Below, piece after piece: positions 9,126-18,308 of a stretch of 64,000 nucleotides of DNA. The notes below the pieces were generated by a model, which saw only the letters and a list, made by a program, of their open reading frames with translations, searched no databases and was not told the DNA's origin. The stretch's first letter is position 1, and each line of letters begins with the position of its first letter. The stretch is from an uncultured Actinomycetota bacterium (GTDB lineage: Bacteria; Actinomycetota; Actinomycetes; CAVWCF01): assembly GCA_963697565.1 (NCBI GenBank), contig CAVOOM010000008.1:304423-368422 (forward strand), read 5' to 3'. A program made the translations under genes and the position numbers.

Positions 9126-10361
9126 GACTGGTCCTCCAGCTCCTTGCCCGCCATCGACATCAGCGCGGGGAGCGGGAGCTCCTTGCCGGGCAGCAGGATG
9201 TTCCAGTACATCCAGCGGAACATCACCTTGCCCCAGTGGTTGAGCTCGGTCTCCTTCAGCAGGCTGAACGGGCCGATCCCCGGCAGCGGGTACTTGCCGG
9301 GCAGCGGCTCGGTCTCGTAGTTGAAGTCGATGAGCAGGCCCTTGCCGTGGCCGGTCTCGATGAAGCAGTTGGCGTGGCCGTCGAACTTCTCGGTCATCTG
9401 CAGGCCCTGGATGTGGCGCAGGAAGTTCGCCGGGAACAGGTCCATCGAGAAGTGGGCGACCGAGCCGGCCTTGGACGCCGGGATGTTCGAGGCGTCGCCG
9501 ATCGCGAAGATGTTGTCGTACTTGGTCGAGAGCAGCGTCTCCTTGTCGACCGGCACGTAGTTGAGGTCGTCGCCGAGGCCGGACCGCGCGATGTAGTCGG
9601 CGCCCATGTTGATCGGGATCGTGACCAGCAGGTCGTACGGGATCTCGCGCTCGTCGAAGGAGACCAGCTTCTTGGCCTCGGCGTCGATCGACTCGACCAT
9701 GAAGTCCGGCTCGAGGGCGATCTTGCGCTCCTCGAGCATGCTGCCGAGGTACTTCGACGACACCGGCTTGGTGAACGCGCCCTCCAGCGGCGTCACGTAC
9801 GTGATCTCGACCTGGTCGCGCATGCCCTGCTCGGTGAAGAACGCGTCGGCCAGGAAGGTGAACTCCAGCGGCGCCACCGGGCACTTGATCGGCATCTCGG
9901 TGACGTGGACGACCAGCTTGCCGCCCTCCCAGGTCTTCAGCTTCTCGGCCAGCGCCGACGGCGCCCTCGAAGGTGTAGAACTCGTGCACGCTGCCGCCGA
10001 GGTCGTCGGCCATGCCAGGGGTCTCCTCCGGCCGTGGGGACGTGCCGGTCGCGATGACCAGGTAGTCGTACGCCAGCTCGGTGCCGTCGACGAGGAGCAC
10101 CTTGTTCTCGTCGGCGACCACCTTGTCGATCTCGCCCTTGATCAGGTCGACACCCGAGGGGATGAACCGCTTGCGGGGCTTGACCACCTCGTCGGGCGCG
10201 TAGATCCCGAACGGGATGAAGAGGTAGCCCGGCTGGTAGTAGTGGGTGTCGCTCTGGTCGACGACCGTGATCTTCCACTCGTCGCGGGACAGCCGCGGCC
10301 GCAGCTTGTTGACGGCCATGGTCCCTGCGGTTCCGCCGCCGAGGACCAGCAGTCGCTTCAT
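9122..10361 (-). pseudogene. NAD(P)/FAD-dependent oxidoreductase, sulfide:quinone-oxidoreductase-like, frameshift near 9950-9960 (or sequencing error)
   Basis: N-terminus MKRLLVLGGGTAGTMAVNKL (Rossmann GxGxxG) ...HEFYTFEGAV, then in another frame LAEKLKTWEGGKLVVHVTEMPIKCPVAPLEFTFLAD...IFAIGDASNIPASKAGSVAHF... The start overlaps the regulator stop and the stop overlaps the DUF1641 start. Confidence 0.75.
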
Positions 10362-11125
10362 TGCGCGCTCCTTCTGTCGATCGGGGAGCCCGCGACTGCG
10401 TGGTCCCCTGGGGGTCCTGCCGGGACCACGGCGCGCGAGAGCGCGGTCGCGACCTTGGGCAGGGTGGCCAGCACCTGGCGGCGCTGTTCGTCATCAAGGT
10501 GGTAGAGGTCCGGCTCCTGCGCGTCGTCGTCGGTGTCTGAGACGCCACCGGCGAGGACCATGCCGATCAGCCGGTCGCCGGAGCGGATGTACGAGCGGGC
10601 GCACGCGAAGCCGAGCGGCCCGGTGCGGAATCGCGGCTCGAAGTCCAGCTCCGCGGCCATCGTGCGCCACTCGTCCAGGCAGGCGGCGATCGCGGTGGGG
10701 TCGTGGGCGGCCTCGGCGAAGCGGGCGCACGGGTTGGCGACGTCGGTCAGCGGGTGCCCGTCGAGGTCGGTGACGACCATCATCACGCCGAGCAGCTCGG
10801 CGGCGACGCCGATCACCGCCGAGGCGGCGTCCAGGGGGAGCGCGGGCGGGGTCGCTGGCGACGGTGCCTGGGGTGCGGCGGCGGCGTCGGCCGCCGGGAG
10901 GGTCTGCACCTCGAGCATCCGCTCGATCCGGTGGGCGGGGAAGCGCCACTGCCGGCCGATCTTCACCGCCGGCAGCCGACCGTCCTCGGCCATCCGGTAG
11001 ACCGTCGAGCGGTCGACGCCGAGCAGGGCCTGGACCTGCGTCGCGGTGAGCAGGGGCTCGCGGGGGCCGGGGGAGGTGGTCCCGGTCTCCGTGTGCGCGT
11101 CCTGCACGTTGTGCATGTCATGCAC
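10358..11125 (-). CDS. DNA-binding protein: excisionase/MerR-type HTH fused to a PocR-like sensory domain
   Basis: The N-terminus LLTATQVQALLGVDRSTVYRMAEDGRLPAVKIGRQWRF is a classic excisionase-family HTH. The C-terminal ~150 aa (VVTDLDGHPLTDVANPCARF...ACLDEW...GFACARSYI) resembles PocR and has three Cys. The stop overlaps the sqr-like start (ATGA-type overlap at 10358-10361). Confidence 0.65.
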   Translation of the reverse strand: MHDMHNVQDAHTETGTTSPGPREPLLTATQVQALLGVDRSTVYRMAEDGRLPAVKIGRQWRFPAHRIERMLEVQTLPAADAAAAPQAPSPATPPALPLDAASAVIGVAAELLGVMMVVTDLDGHPLTDVANPCARFAEAAHDPTAIAACLDEWRTMAAELDFEPRFRTGPLGFACARSYIRSGDRLIGMVLAGGVSDTDDDAQEPDLYHLDDEQRRQVLATLPKVATALSRAVVPAGPPGDHAVAGSPIDRRSAQ

Positions 11126-11148
11126 GCTATGCCTACAAAGCGGGGCTC

Positions 11149-11162
11149 CTTAGGGCCCTAAG
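11149..11162. promoter_or_regulatory. perfect 14-bp palindrome CTTAGGGCCCTAAG, candidate operator upstream of the sulfur operon
   Basis: Read directly. It lies 24-37 nt upstream of the regulator start (11125), in the 75-nt gap after the MDR dehydrogenase gene. With no loop it cannot form a hairpin terminator. Confidence 0.3.
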
Positions 11163-11200
11163 TCCCAGCGGGGCGGGGCCGACCGACCCGAATCTCGGGT

Positions 11201-12217
11201 TCACCAGCCGGAGAGGACGACCTTGCCGCGGGCCCGTCCGCTCTCCAGCAGCGCATGCGCCGGCAGCAACTCGGCGGCGCTGATCGGGCCGCGGACGTCG
11301 GCCACCGTGCTGCGCAGGGTGCCGGCGTCGAGCAGGGCGGCCACCTCGCCGAGCAGGGCGCCCTGCTCGGCCACATCCGGGGTGTCGAACAGCGACCGGG
11401 TGAACATCGACTCCCAGTGCACGGACACGCTCTTGGCCTTGAGCGGGCGGATGTCGGGGTGCGGGTCCGGGTCGTCGATGAGCGCGATCCGGCCCTGCGG
11501 CGCGACGGCGTCGACGATGGACGGCCAGTGCTCACCGGTGTGGGTCAGCGCGGCGACCAGGTCGACCGACGCGTGCCCGGCGGACTCCAGCTGCGGCCGC
11601 CACGGCTGGTGGTGGTCGATCACCGCGTGGGCGCCGAGGTCGAGGCACCACAGCTGGGTCTCCGGCCGGCTGGCGGTGGCCACCACGGTGAGGCCGGTCA
11701 GCTGCCGGGCGAGCTGGATGAGCATCGAGCCGACCCCGCCCGCGCCCCCGACGACGAGCAGGGTCCGCCTGTCCGCTTCGGCCAATCGCGGCACCCCGAG
11801 CCGATCGAAGAGGAGCTCCCACGCGGTGATGGCGGTGAGCGGCACGGCGGCGGCCGCGGCGTCGTCGAGCGAACGCGGGGCGTGCGCGGCGATCCGGTGG
11901 TCGACGACGTGGAGCTCGCTGTTGGTCCCCGGTCGGTTGATCGACCCCGCGTAGAAGACCCGGTCGCCCTCGGCGAAGCCGCGGACCTCGGCCCCGAGGC
12001 CCTCGACCACTCCGACGGCGTCCCAGCCGAGCACTTGCGCGGTGCCCGCCGCGGGCTGCCGGCTGCGGCGGACCTTGGTGTCGACCGGGTTCACCGACAC
12101 CGCGGCGACCCGTACGAGCAGGTCGCCGGGACCCGGCTCAGGCTCGGGCAGCTCAAGGTCGACCAACGCGTCCGGGCGGCCCAACGGCCCCGCCTGGTGA
12201 TAGCCGACGGCCCTCAT
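11201..12217 (-). CDS. zinc-type alcohol dehydrogenase / quinone oxidoreductase (MDR superfamily)
   Basis: 338 aa: GDLLVRVAAVSVNPVDTKVR, GWDAVGVVEGLGAEV, LLVVGGAGGVGSMLIQLAR (nucleotide-binding), ending GKVVLSGW. Confidence 0.8.
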   Translation of the reverse strand: MRAVGYHQAGPLGRPDALVDLELPEPEPGPGDLLVRVAAVSVNPVDTKVRRSRQPAAGTAQVLGWDAVGVVEGLGAEVRGFAEGDRVFYAGSINRPGTNSELHVVDHRIAAHAPRSLDDAAAAAVPLTAITAWELLFDRLGVPRLAEADRRTLLVVGGAGGVGSMLIQLARQLTGLTVVATASRPETQLWCLDLGAHAVIDHHQPWRPQLESAGHASVDLVAALTHTGEHWPSIVDAVAPQGRIALIDDPDPHPDIRPLKAKSVSVHWESMFTRSLFDTPDVAEQGALLGEVAALLDAGTLRSTVADVRGPISAAELLPAHALLESGRARGKVVLSGW

Positions 12218-12272
12218 CGCACGCCTCCCCGGAATCCTGTTGCTGGTGACGGCTCAGAGCATGGCGGATCGG

Positions 12273-13135
12273 CTACCGGGTGGCGATGTCCCGTCGGGCG
12301 AACACGGCGAACGCCGCGGCGGTCGCTGCGATGCCAGCGACAGCGATGATCAGGGCGGCGCGCGCCCAGGGACAGCCCGTTGTACAGCGGCCGGTCGTCC
12401 AGGGCCCAGTCGAAGGGCGAGGCGGACTGCCACGGCTTCAAGCCAGTCGGCGATCGGCGCGAGGATGTTGATCAGGTACGCCGCGAGCGCGAGCCCGAAC
12501 CCCGTGCCGAGGGCGACGGCGCGGTGGCCGGACAGGGCTCCGAGCAGCAGGCCCACGGCACCGAAGGCATGCGCGAGGAGGGCGCAGCTCGGTCGTGGCC
12601 ACGATGAGCACGGCGACCCATGTTGAGGTCGACGAGCGGCGCGCCGACAGCAGTGTCAGGACGAAGGCTGCGGAGACGACGGCGACGGAGGCGGCCATGG
12701 CGACGGGCCTTGCCGGCGAGCACGGTGCTCCGGCGGACGGGGACGGCGAGCAGCAGCTCCAGGGTGCCCTGCTCCTCTTCGCCGGCGGTGGCGGCGGCTC
12801 CGGCGGCGAGCGCGACGCCGACGAGCACGAGGGGCAGCATGATGCTGAAGAGCTCGGTGTTCAGGAAGCCCGGCCGCCAGTCGTGTAGTCGGCGAGCCCG
12901 AAGGCCTCCCGAAGCGCCTCGGGCCAGGCGTCGACGTAGTCCTGCATGGCGTCGCCGGATTCGAGGCCATCGACGGGTAGACCGCCAGCTGCATGACCGG
13001 ATCAAGACGAGTCCGAGGGTCCACGCGAGCAGGCTGCGGCTGCGTTGGGCCAGCGTGTGCCATGCGATCGCAGCCACCTGGTCCACGCGCTGGAGTGCGG
13101 AGGTCAGGGCTGAGGGCTGCGCTCGCGGTGCTCAT
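12273..13135 (-). pseudogene. ABC-2 type transporter permease, at least 5 frameshifts
   Basis: The ATG at 13135 overlaps the ATPase stop (ATGA). Protein-like pieces are scattered over all three minus frames: VDQVAAIAWHTLAQRSRSLLAWTLGLVL / VMQLAVYPSMASNPA / FLNTELFSIMLPLVLVGVALAAGAAATAGEEEQGTLELLLAVPVRRSTVLAGKA / MAASVAVVSAAFVLTLLSA / GLLLGALSGHRAVALGTGFGLALAAYLINILAPIADWL / KPWQSASPFDWALDDRPLYNGLS / AALIIAVAGIAATAAAFAVFARRDIATR-stop (TAG at 12273-12275). Confidence 0.6.
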
Positions 13136-14033
13136 CGCCGTTGCCTCCCTTTCCACAGTCCCATGAACGCCTGCTCGAGGTCGGGGTCGTGCGTGTGCAG
13201 GTCGACCACGCCGTGGTCGACGGCGACCTTCAGCAGTCCGGTGATCGAGCCGGCGACCAGGCAGGTCGCGGTGGGCCGCCGGACCTCCATGGAGACGACG
13301 CCGGGCGCCGAGGCCAGGTCAGGCCGGGGGAGCGACCGGGAAGTCCAGCTCGACCTTGCGGACCGCGCGCTCACGCAGGTGGTCGACGGTGTCGACGACC
13401 ACGAGCCGGCCGTCGGCGACGATGCCCACCCGGTCGGCCATCTCCTGCACCTCGGTCGAGGACGTGCGACGACAGGAAGACCGTCGCGCCGCGCTGCGAC
13501 GGTCTCGCGGACGAGGTGCTGGAACTCGCGCTGCACCAACGGGTCGAGCCCGATGGTCGGCTCATCGAGGATGACCAGCTCGGGCGAGTGCATGAACGCC
13601 TGCACCACGCCGAGCTTCTGCCGGTTGCCCATCGACAGGTCGCGCACCCGTCGGTCGAGGTCGAGCCGGAGCCGCTCGGCCAGGGCTTCGTACGCCGGCG
13701 GGTCGACGCCGCCCCGCAGCCGGGCGAGGTACGCGAGCAGGTCCCGGCCGCGCATCCGCTGGTAGAGCGAGAGGTCGCCGGGCAGGTAGCCGATCCGCGC
13801 CCGGATCTGGACGCCCGTGCGTGCGCAGGTCGAGGCCGAGGATCTGCGGCCGATCCGCGGGTGGGGGCGATCAGCCCGAGCAGCATGCGGATCGTGGTCG
13901 ACTTGCCGGCGCCATTGGGGCCGAGGAAGCCGAACACCTCCCCGGTCTGGACCTCGAGATCCAGGTCCTCGATCCCGCGGCTCTTGCCGTAGTACTTGGT
14001 CAGCCCACGGGTGGACAGCGCGTGCTCTGCCAT
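13132..14033 (-). pseudogene. ABC transporter ATP-binding protein, at least 4 frameshifts
   Basis: GGAGGT RBS followed by [51 protein letters not shown] (Walker A). Other frames carry [14 protein letters not shown]...[33 protein letters not shown] (signature and Walker B), then [11 protein letters not shown], then [26 protein letters not shown], then the tail ...DLEQAFMGLW. Confidence 0.7.
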
Positions 14034-14098
14034 ACCTCCAGGCTGCGCCGCAGCCCGTCGCTCGGGAAGGGGCCGAGGTCCCCAGGTCGTGAGAAGCC

Positions 14099-17000
14099 CT
14101 AGGCGATGATCTCGACCCTCGAGGGGCCGCCCTCGGCGTCGCGCCGGACCGCAAGGCGCTCGGGGACGCGCTCCTTGAGCTCGGCGACGTGGCTCACGAT
14201 GCCGACAGCGCGACCGCCTTCGCGAAGGGCCTCGATCACCCCCATGACCTGGTCGAGGGTCTCGGAGTCGAGGCTGCCGAACCCCTCGTCGATGAAGAGC
14301 GTGTCGAGCGCGATGCCGCCCGCCTCGGTGCTCACCACGTCGGCGACGCCCAAGGCCAGGGCGAGGGAGGTGTAGAACGTCTCGCCCCCGGACAGCGACT
14401 TCTCGCTGCGGCTCTGGCCGGTGTGGGCGTCGACCACCCGCAGGGTGAGCCCCGAGCGCTCCCGGGCGCTGCCGACGCCGTCCACGCGCTCGAGGCTGTA
14501 GCGGCCCGCCGACATCGCCTGCAGGCGGAGGTTCGCGGACTGGACGACCTTCTCGAACCACAGCCGAAGCACGTAGGTCGTGAGGGCCACCCGCCGATGG
14601 CCGTCGGTGCCCTTGGCCAGACCGGCCAGCCGCTCAAGGGGGCGGGCCTCGGCCCGCGCCCGCTCAAGGGCGGCGTCCGCGTCGGCCAACTCGCGGGCGC
14701 GGTCGGCGAAGCGCGCGACCCGCTCGTCGGCGGTTGTCTGGACGGACAAGGCGGCCTTCCACCGCTGGTGGGCCGCCACGGTCTCGCGCTGCGCCTCGTC
14801 GGCACGGCGCGCAGGGCGCCTGCCTGGTCGGGGTCGACGGCCGCGAGCTCGGGAGCGTCGGCCGCAGCCTTGAGCCGCACCTGCTCGGCGTCCCACGTCT
14901 CGATCTGCTCGGAGAGCCGCGTGAGCTGCCCGGCGTCGCGCAGTGCCTGCCGTGCGGCCTCGGCGGCGCCGAAGCCGGCGGCGACCGCCTCGGCATCGGC
15001 CTGGTCTTGTCGCGCCGCCCAAGCCGACTCGGCTTGCGCCAGGGCCGCGAGGGCCTCGGCGGCCCGTTCGTCCCGGTCGGCAAGGCTGATCCACTCGTCC
15101 TGGCGCGCTTGGACGCTGGGCCGCCCATCGCGGGCGGTCTCAAGGTCGATCTCCTCCGTGGCGAGGGCGGCTTGCTCCTGCTCCGAACGCGTCCGCGCGG
15201 TCGCCTCGGCTGTGGTGGCCGTGAGCACCGCCCCAGCGGCGTCCGCCTCCGCGGCGACGAGGGAGTCCACCCGCGCCGCGAGCTCGTCCAGGCCGTCCAG
15301 AGCGGCCTGCCCGCTGCGCGACCAGCGCGCGTGCCTCGTTCAGCGCGCTCAGCAGCTCATCGGCCGAGCGCCCTGCGGCGACGGCGAGGTCGTGCTGCTG
15401 CCGACTGTCGAGCGCCGCCCAGTGCTCTTCGGCGGCGGCCCGGGCAGCCTCGGCGGCGTCACGCCGCTCGCGTGCCTCCTGCACCTCGTGGGCGCCGACG
15501 GCCTCGGGCCCGGGCCGGGCCGGGGCCGGATGCTCGGTCGCCCCGCAGACCGCGCAGGGCTCTCCCGGCCGAAGCGACGCAGCCAACTCGGCCGCGATGC
15601 CCGCCAAGCGGGCGTCCTGGAGGCGCTGGTGGGCGTCGACGGCGGCCTGGTGGGCCTCGACCGCCGCCAGTCGCGCCGAGCCCGCCGCCGCGAGTTCGTC
15701 GACGCGTTGCCCGGCGCGTAGGGCGGCCTCGTGCTGGGTGGCCAGGGCGGCGGCGTGCTGCTGGGCCCCCGGAAGGCCGGCCGCGGCCTGCTGGGCTTCT
15801 GCGTGGGCCAGCCGCGCCGCCGTGAGCAGCCCTGGCAGCGCGGTTTGGCGGGCGATCGCCTCCGCAAGCGCCGTCTGGGCGTCATCGGCGTCCTGGGCCG
15901 CGGCTGCGGCCTGGGCCCGGCGCTCGGCGAGCGCCTGCTCGCGGACGACGAGGGGCTCCAGGGCCGCGGCGGTGGCGCGTGCGGCGGCCGCGGCGGCCCG
16001 ACGGGCTTCGGCGCCCTCGCCGCGCTCCTCTGCCTCGCTCGGCTCGTCGATCGCTTCGCGCATGCGGGCCTGGGCGTCGGCCACCAGGTCGCGCGCCTCA
16101 GCGACCTGGGCCAGAAGGGGTCGCACGGGGGCGGCTGCCAGCGCCTCGGCGCGCTCCTTCTCCCAGGCGGCGCGGATCGCGGCGGTCTCCCCGTGCGCGG
16201 CGAGGGCGGCCCGGGCCGCCCGCAGGCGCTCGGCCCGGTCAGCGTCTGTCGTGGCCGCGTCCCGGTGCTGCTGGGCCGCGAGCACCGCGGTGTGGGTGGC
16301 CTGCACCGCCGCTTGGGCGGCGGCCTGGTTCTGCGCAAGCGCCTCGGCCGTCGTGCGGGCGTACTCCGCGGTGTCGTCGTGCTCGACCGGGGCGCCTCCT
16401 TCTCCGTCGACTGAGGCATCACCAGACACCTCGCCCGCGGCCTCGCGGGCGGCCGCGAACGCCTCGCCCCTGAGCGTCTTGGCGGCTGCGGCCGCCGCGC
16501 GGGCGGCCTTGCGCTGATCGTCGAGCGACTGGGTCACCCGGTCGTACAGGCCGGTGCCAAACAGCCGGCTGAGCACCTTGCGGCGTTCGTCATCGTCGGC
16601 CCGCAGGAACGTCGCGAACTCGCCTTGGGGGAGCAGGACCACCTGGGTGAACTGCTCGCGGGTGAGGCCGAGTGCCTCGGAGAGGATCACGCCGGCCTCG
16701 CGGGCCTGCGTCGCCTGTGTCGTCCACTGCCCGTCGTCGAGGCGTTCGAGGTGGGCGCTGGGACGCTCCTTGAGCATGCCCTCGCCGCGCAGCTTGGGGC
16801 GCTCGTGCTCGGGGGAGCGGGTCACCCGGTAGCGGCGGTCGTTGGCGCTGAATTCGAGGGTGACCTCGGGGATCGTGTGCCGGGTCGGCGAAGTGGGAGT
16901 GCAGCCGGTCGGTGGCGGTGTCGTGGCCGGCCAGGGCGCCGTACAGGGCGAAGGTGATCGCGTCGAGGATGGTCGACTTGCCGGCGCCCGTCGGGCCCTC

Positions 17001-17099
17001 AAGGAGGAACAGCTGGGATTGGGAGAGCCGGTCGAAGTCGATCTCCTGGCGCTCGGCGAACGGGCCGAAGGCCTGCAGGGTGAGCCGGTGCAGCCGCAT
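14099..17099 (-). pseudogene. sbcC: SbcC-type ATP-dependent dsDNA exonuclease subunit (SMC-like ATPase), about 3 frameshifts
   Basis: N-terminus MRLHRLTLQAFGPFAERQEIDFDRLSQSQLFLLEGPTGAGKSTILDAITFALYG (Walker A). It has a long Ala/Glu/Arg coiled coil with a zinc hook (CAVCG). The C-terminus is [21 protein letters not shown]...[14 protein letters not shown]. Frame changes fall near 16890, 15320 and 14830. The start overlaps the sbcD stop by 1 nt. Confidence 0.75.
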
Positions 17100-18278
17100 C
17101 AGGCGCCCACCGCCGCGCGCTGGGCGGCCTCGATGGTGTCGCGCAGCACGCGCTGCTCCTCGGGGTTGGGCGCGGCGCCGCCGACGAACTCGACGAACTG
17201 CCCGCAGACGGCGACCGGGTCGTCGCGCACCCGCTCGAGCCGCGCGAGGTCGGAGGTCGGGTCGACCAGCCCGCCATGGGGCTCGTACCCCAGCTCGAGG
17301 GTGTGCGGCCAGTGCCGGCGAAGCTGCTCCATCGGCAGCAGCGGACGGACCTGGTCGGTGAGGACGACCTTGACGTAGCAGTCGGCGAGCTCCGCCAGGT
17401 CGCCGTCGGCGCGCGCGAGCAAGTCGTCGAGGGTGCCGCGCACCTCGCGCAACGCGCGCGCGACAGGGATGGGCACGCACCGCACCTCGGCCACGCCGTC
17501 GCCGTCGAGCTCGACCAGCGCCACCGACTTGGTGTGGTCGCGCTCCGAGAAGGAGTACGCCACGGGTGAGCCGCTGTAGCGCAGCACCGTGTCAGAACCC
17601 GCCAGCGTCACCTCTTGCGGTCCGTGCAAGTGGCCCAGCGCCACGTAGCTGAGCCCGTCGAAGACCCGGGCCGGGGCGTCCCCGATGCCCCCCACGCGGA
17701 TGTCGCGCTCAGACTCGCTGGCCTGCCCGCCCGTGACGAAGGCGTGGGCCAGCGCCACCGTCCGCGTGATGCCGCGGGACTTGGCGTCGGCGAGGATCCG
17801 CTGGGTCGCCGCCGAGAGGACGGACTCGTGCGAACGCTCTGCACCGAGCTCCTCGCGCACGGCGTCGGGCATGAGGTACGGCACCCCGTAGACGGCCACC
17901 TCGCCATGGCTGTCGCTCAGCACGATGGGCTGGTCGAGGGTCGCGACGTGGGTGCGCAGGTGGATGCCGGCGCGCTCATGCAGCCGTGAGCCGAAGCCGA
18001 GTCGGGTGGGGGAGTCGTGGTTGCCGCTGATGAGGACCAGGGGGATCCCGGCCTCGGACAGCGCCACGAGCGCCCCCTCAAGGGCGGTCATCGCCTCGGC
18101 GCTGGGCACCGACCGGTCGTAGACATCGCCGGCGACGAGCACGGCGTCGACCCGCTCGCTCGACGGCCAGGTCGACGAGCCAGTCGAGGAACACCCGCTG
18201 GGCCGGCAGCAGGTCGGCCTGGATCAGCGAGCGGCCGAGGTGCCAGTCGGAGGTGTGCAGCAGCTTCACGTGGGCCAT
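17099..18278 (-). pseudogene. sbcD: SbcD-type exonuclease subunit (Mre11-like phosphoesterase), one frameshift near 18155
   Basis: MAHVKLLHTSDWHLGRSL...FLDWLVDLAVERAG, then (another frame) VDAVLVAGDVYDRSVPS...LISGNHDSP...ALGHLHGPQ. At the junction the sequence has GGG where GGGG would restore the frame. Confidence 0.8.
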
Positions 18279-18308
18279 CGTCCCAGCCCCCTCCGACACA
18301 ATGAGCCG

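Noticed and set aside
8064-10361. A single 765-aa ORF on the minus strand.
   Set aside because: It is a read-through chimera. Only its first ~135 codons (sqr-like N-terminus), a middle stretch (DUF1641 N-terminus) and its last 104 codons (TusE/DsrC-like) are protein-like. The rest is Arg/Pro/Gly out-of-frame translation of the genes called separately above.
14099-18278. sbcC/sbcD as a possible phage-defence nuclease system.
   Set aside because: The gene order, 1-nt start/stop overlap, zinc hook and Mre11/Rad50-type motifs are those of the ordinary housekeeping SbcCD. No additional defence-type partner genes are adjacent.
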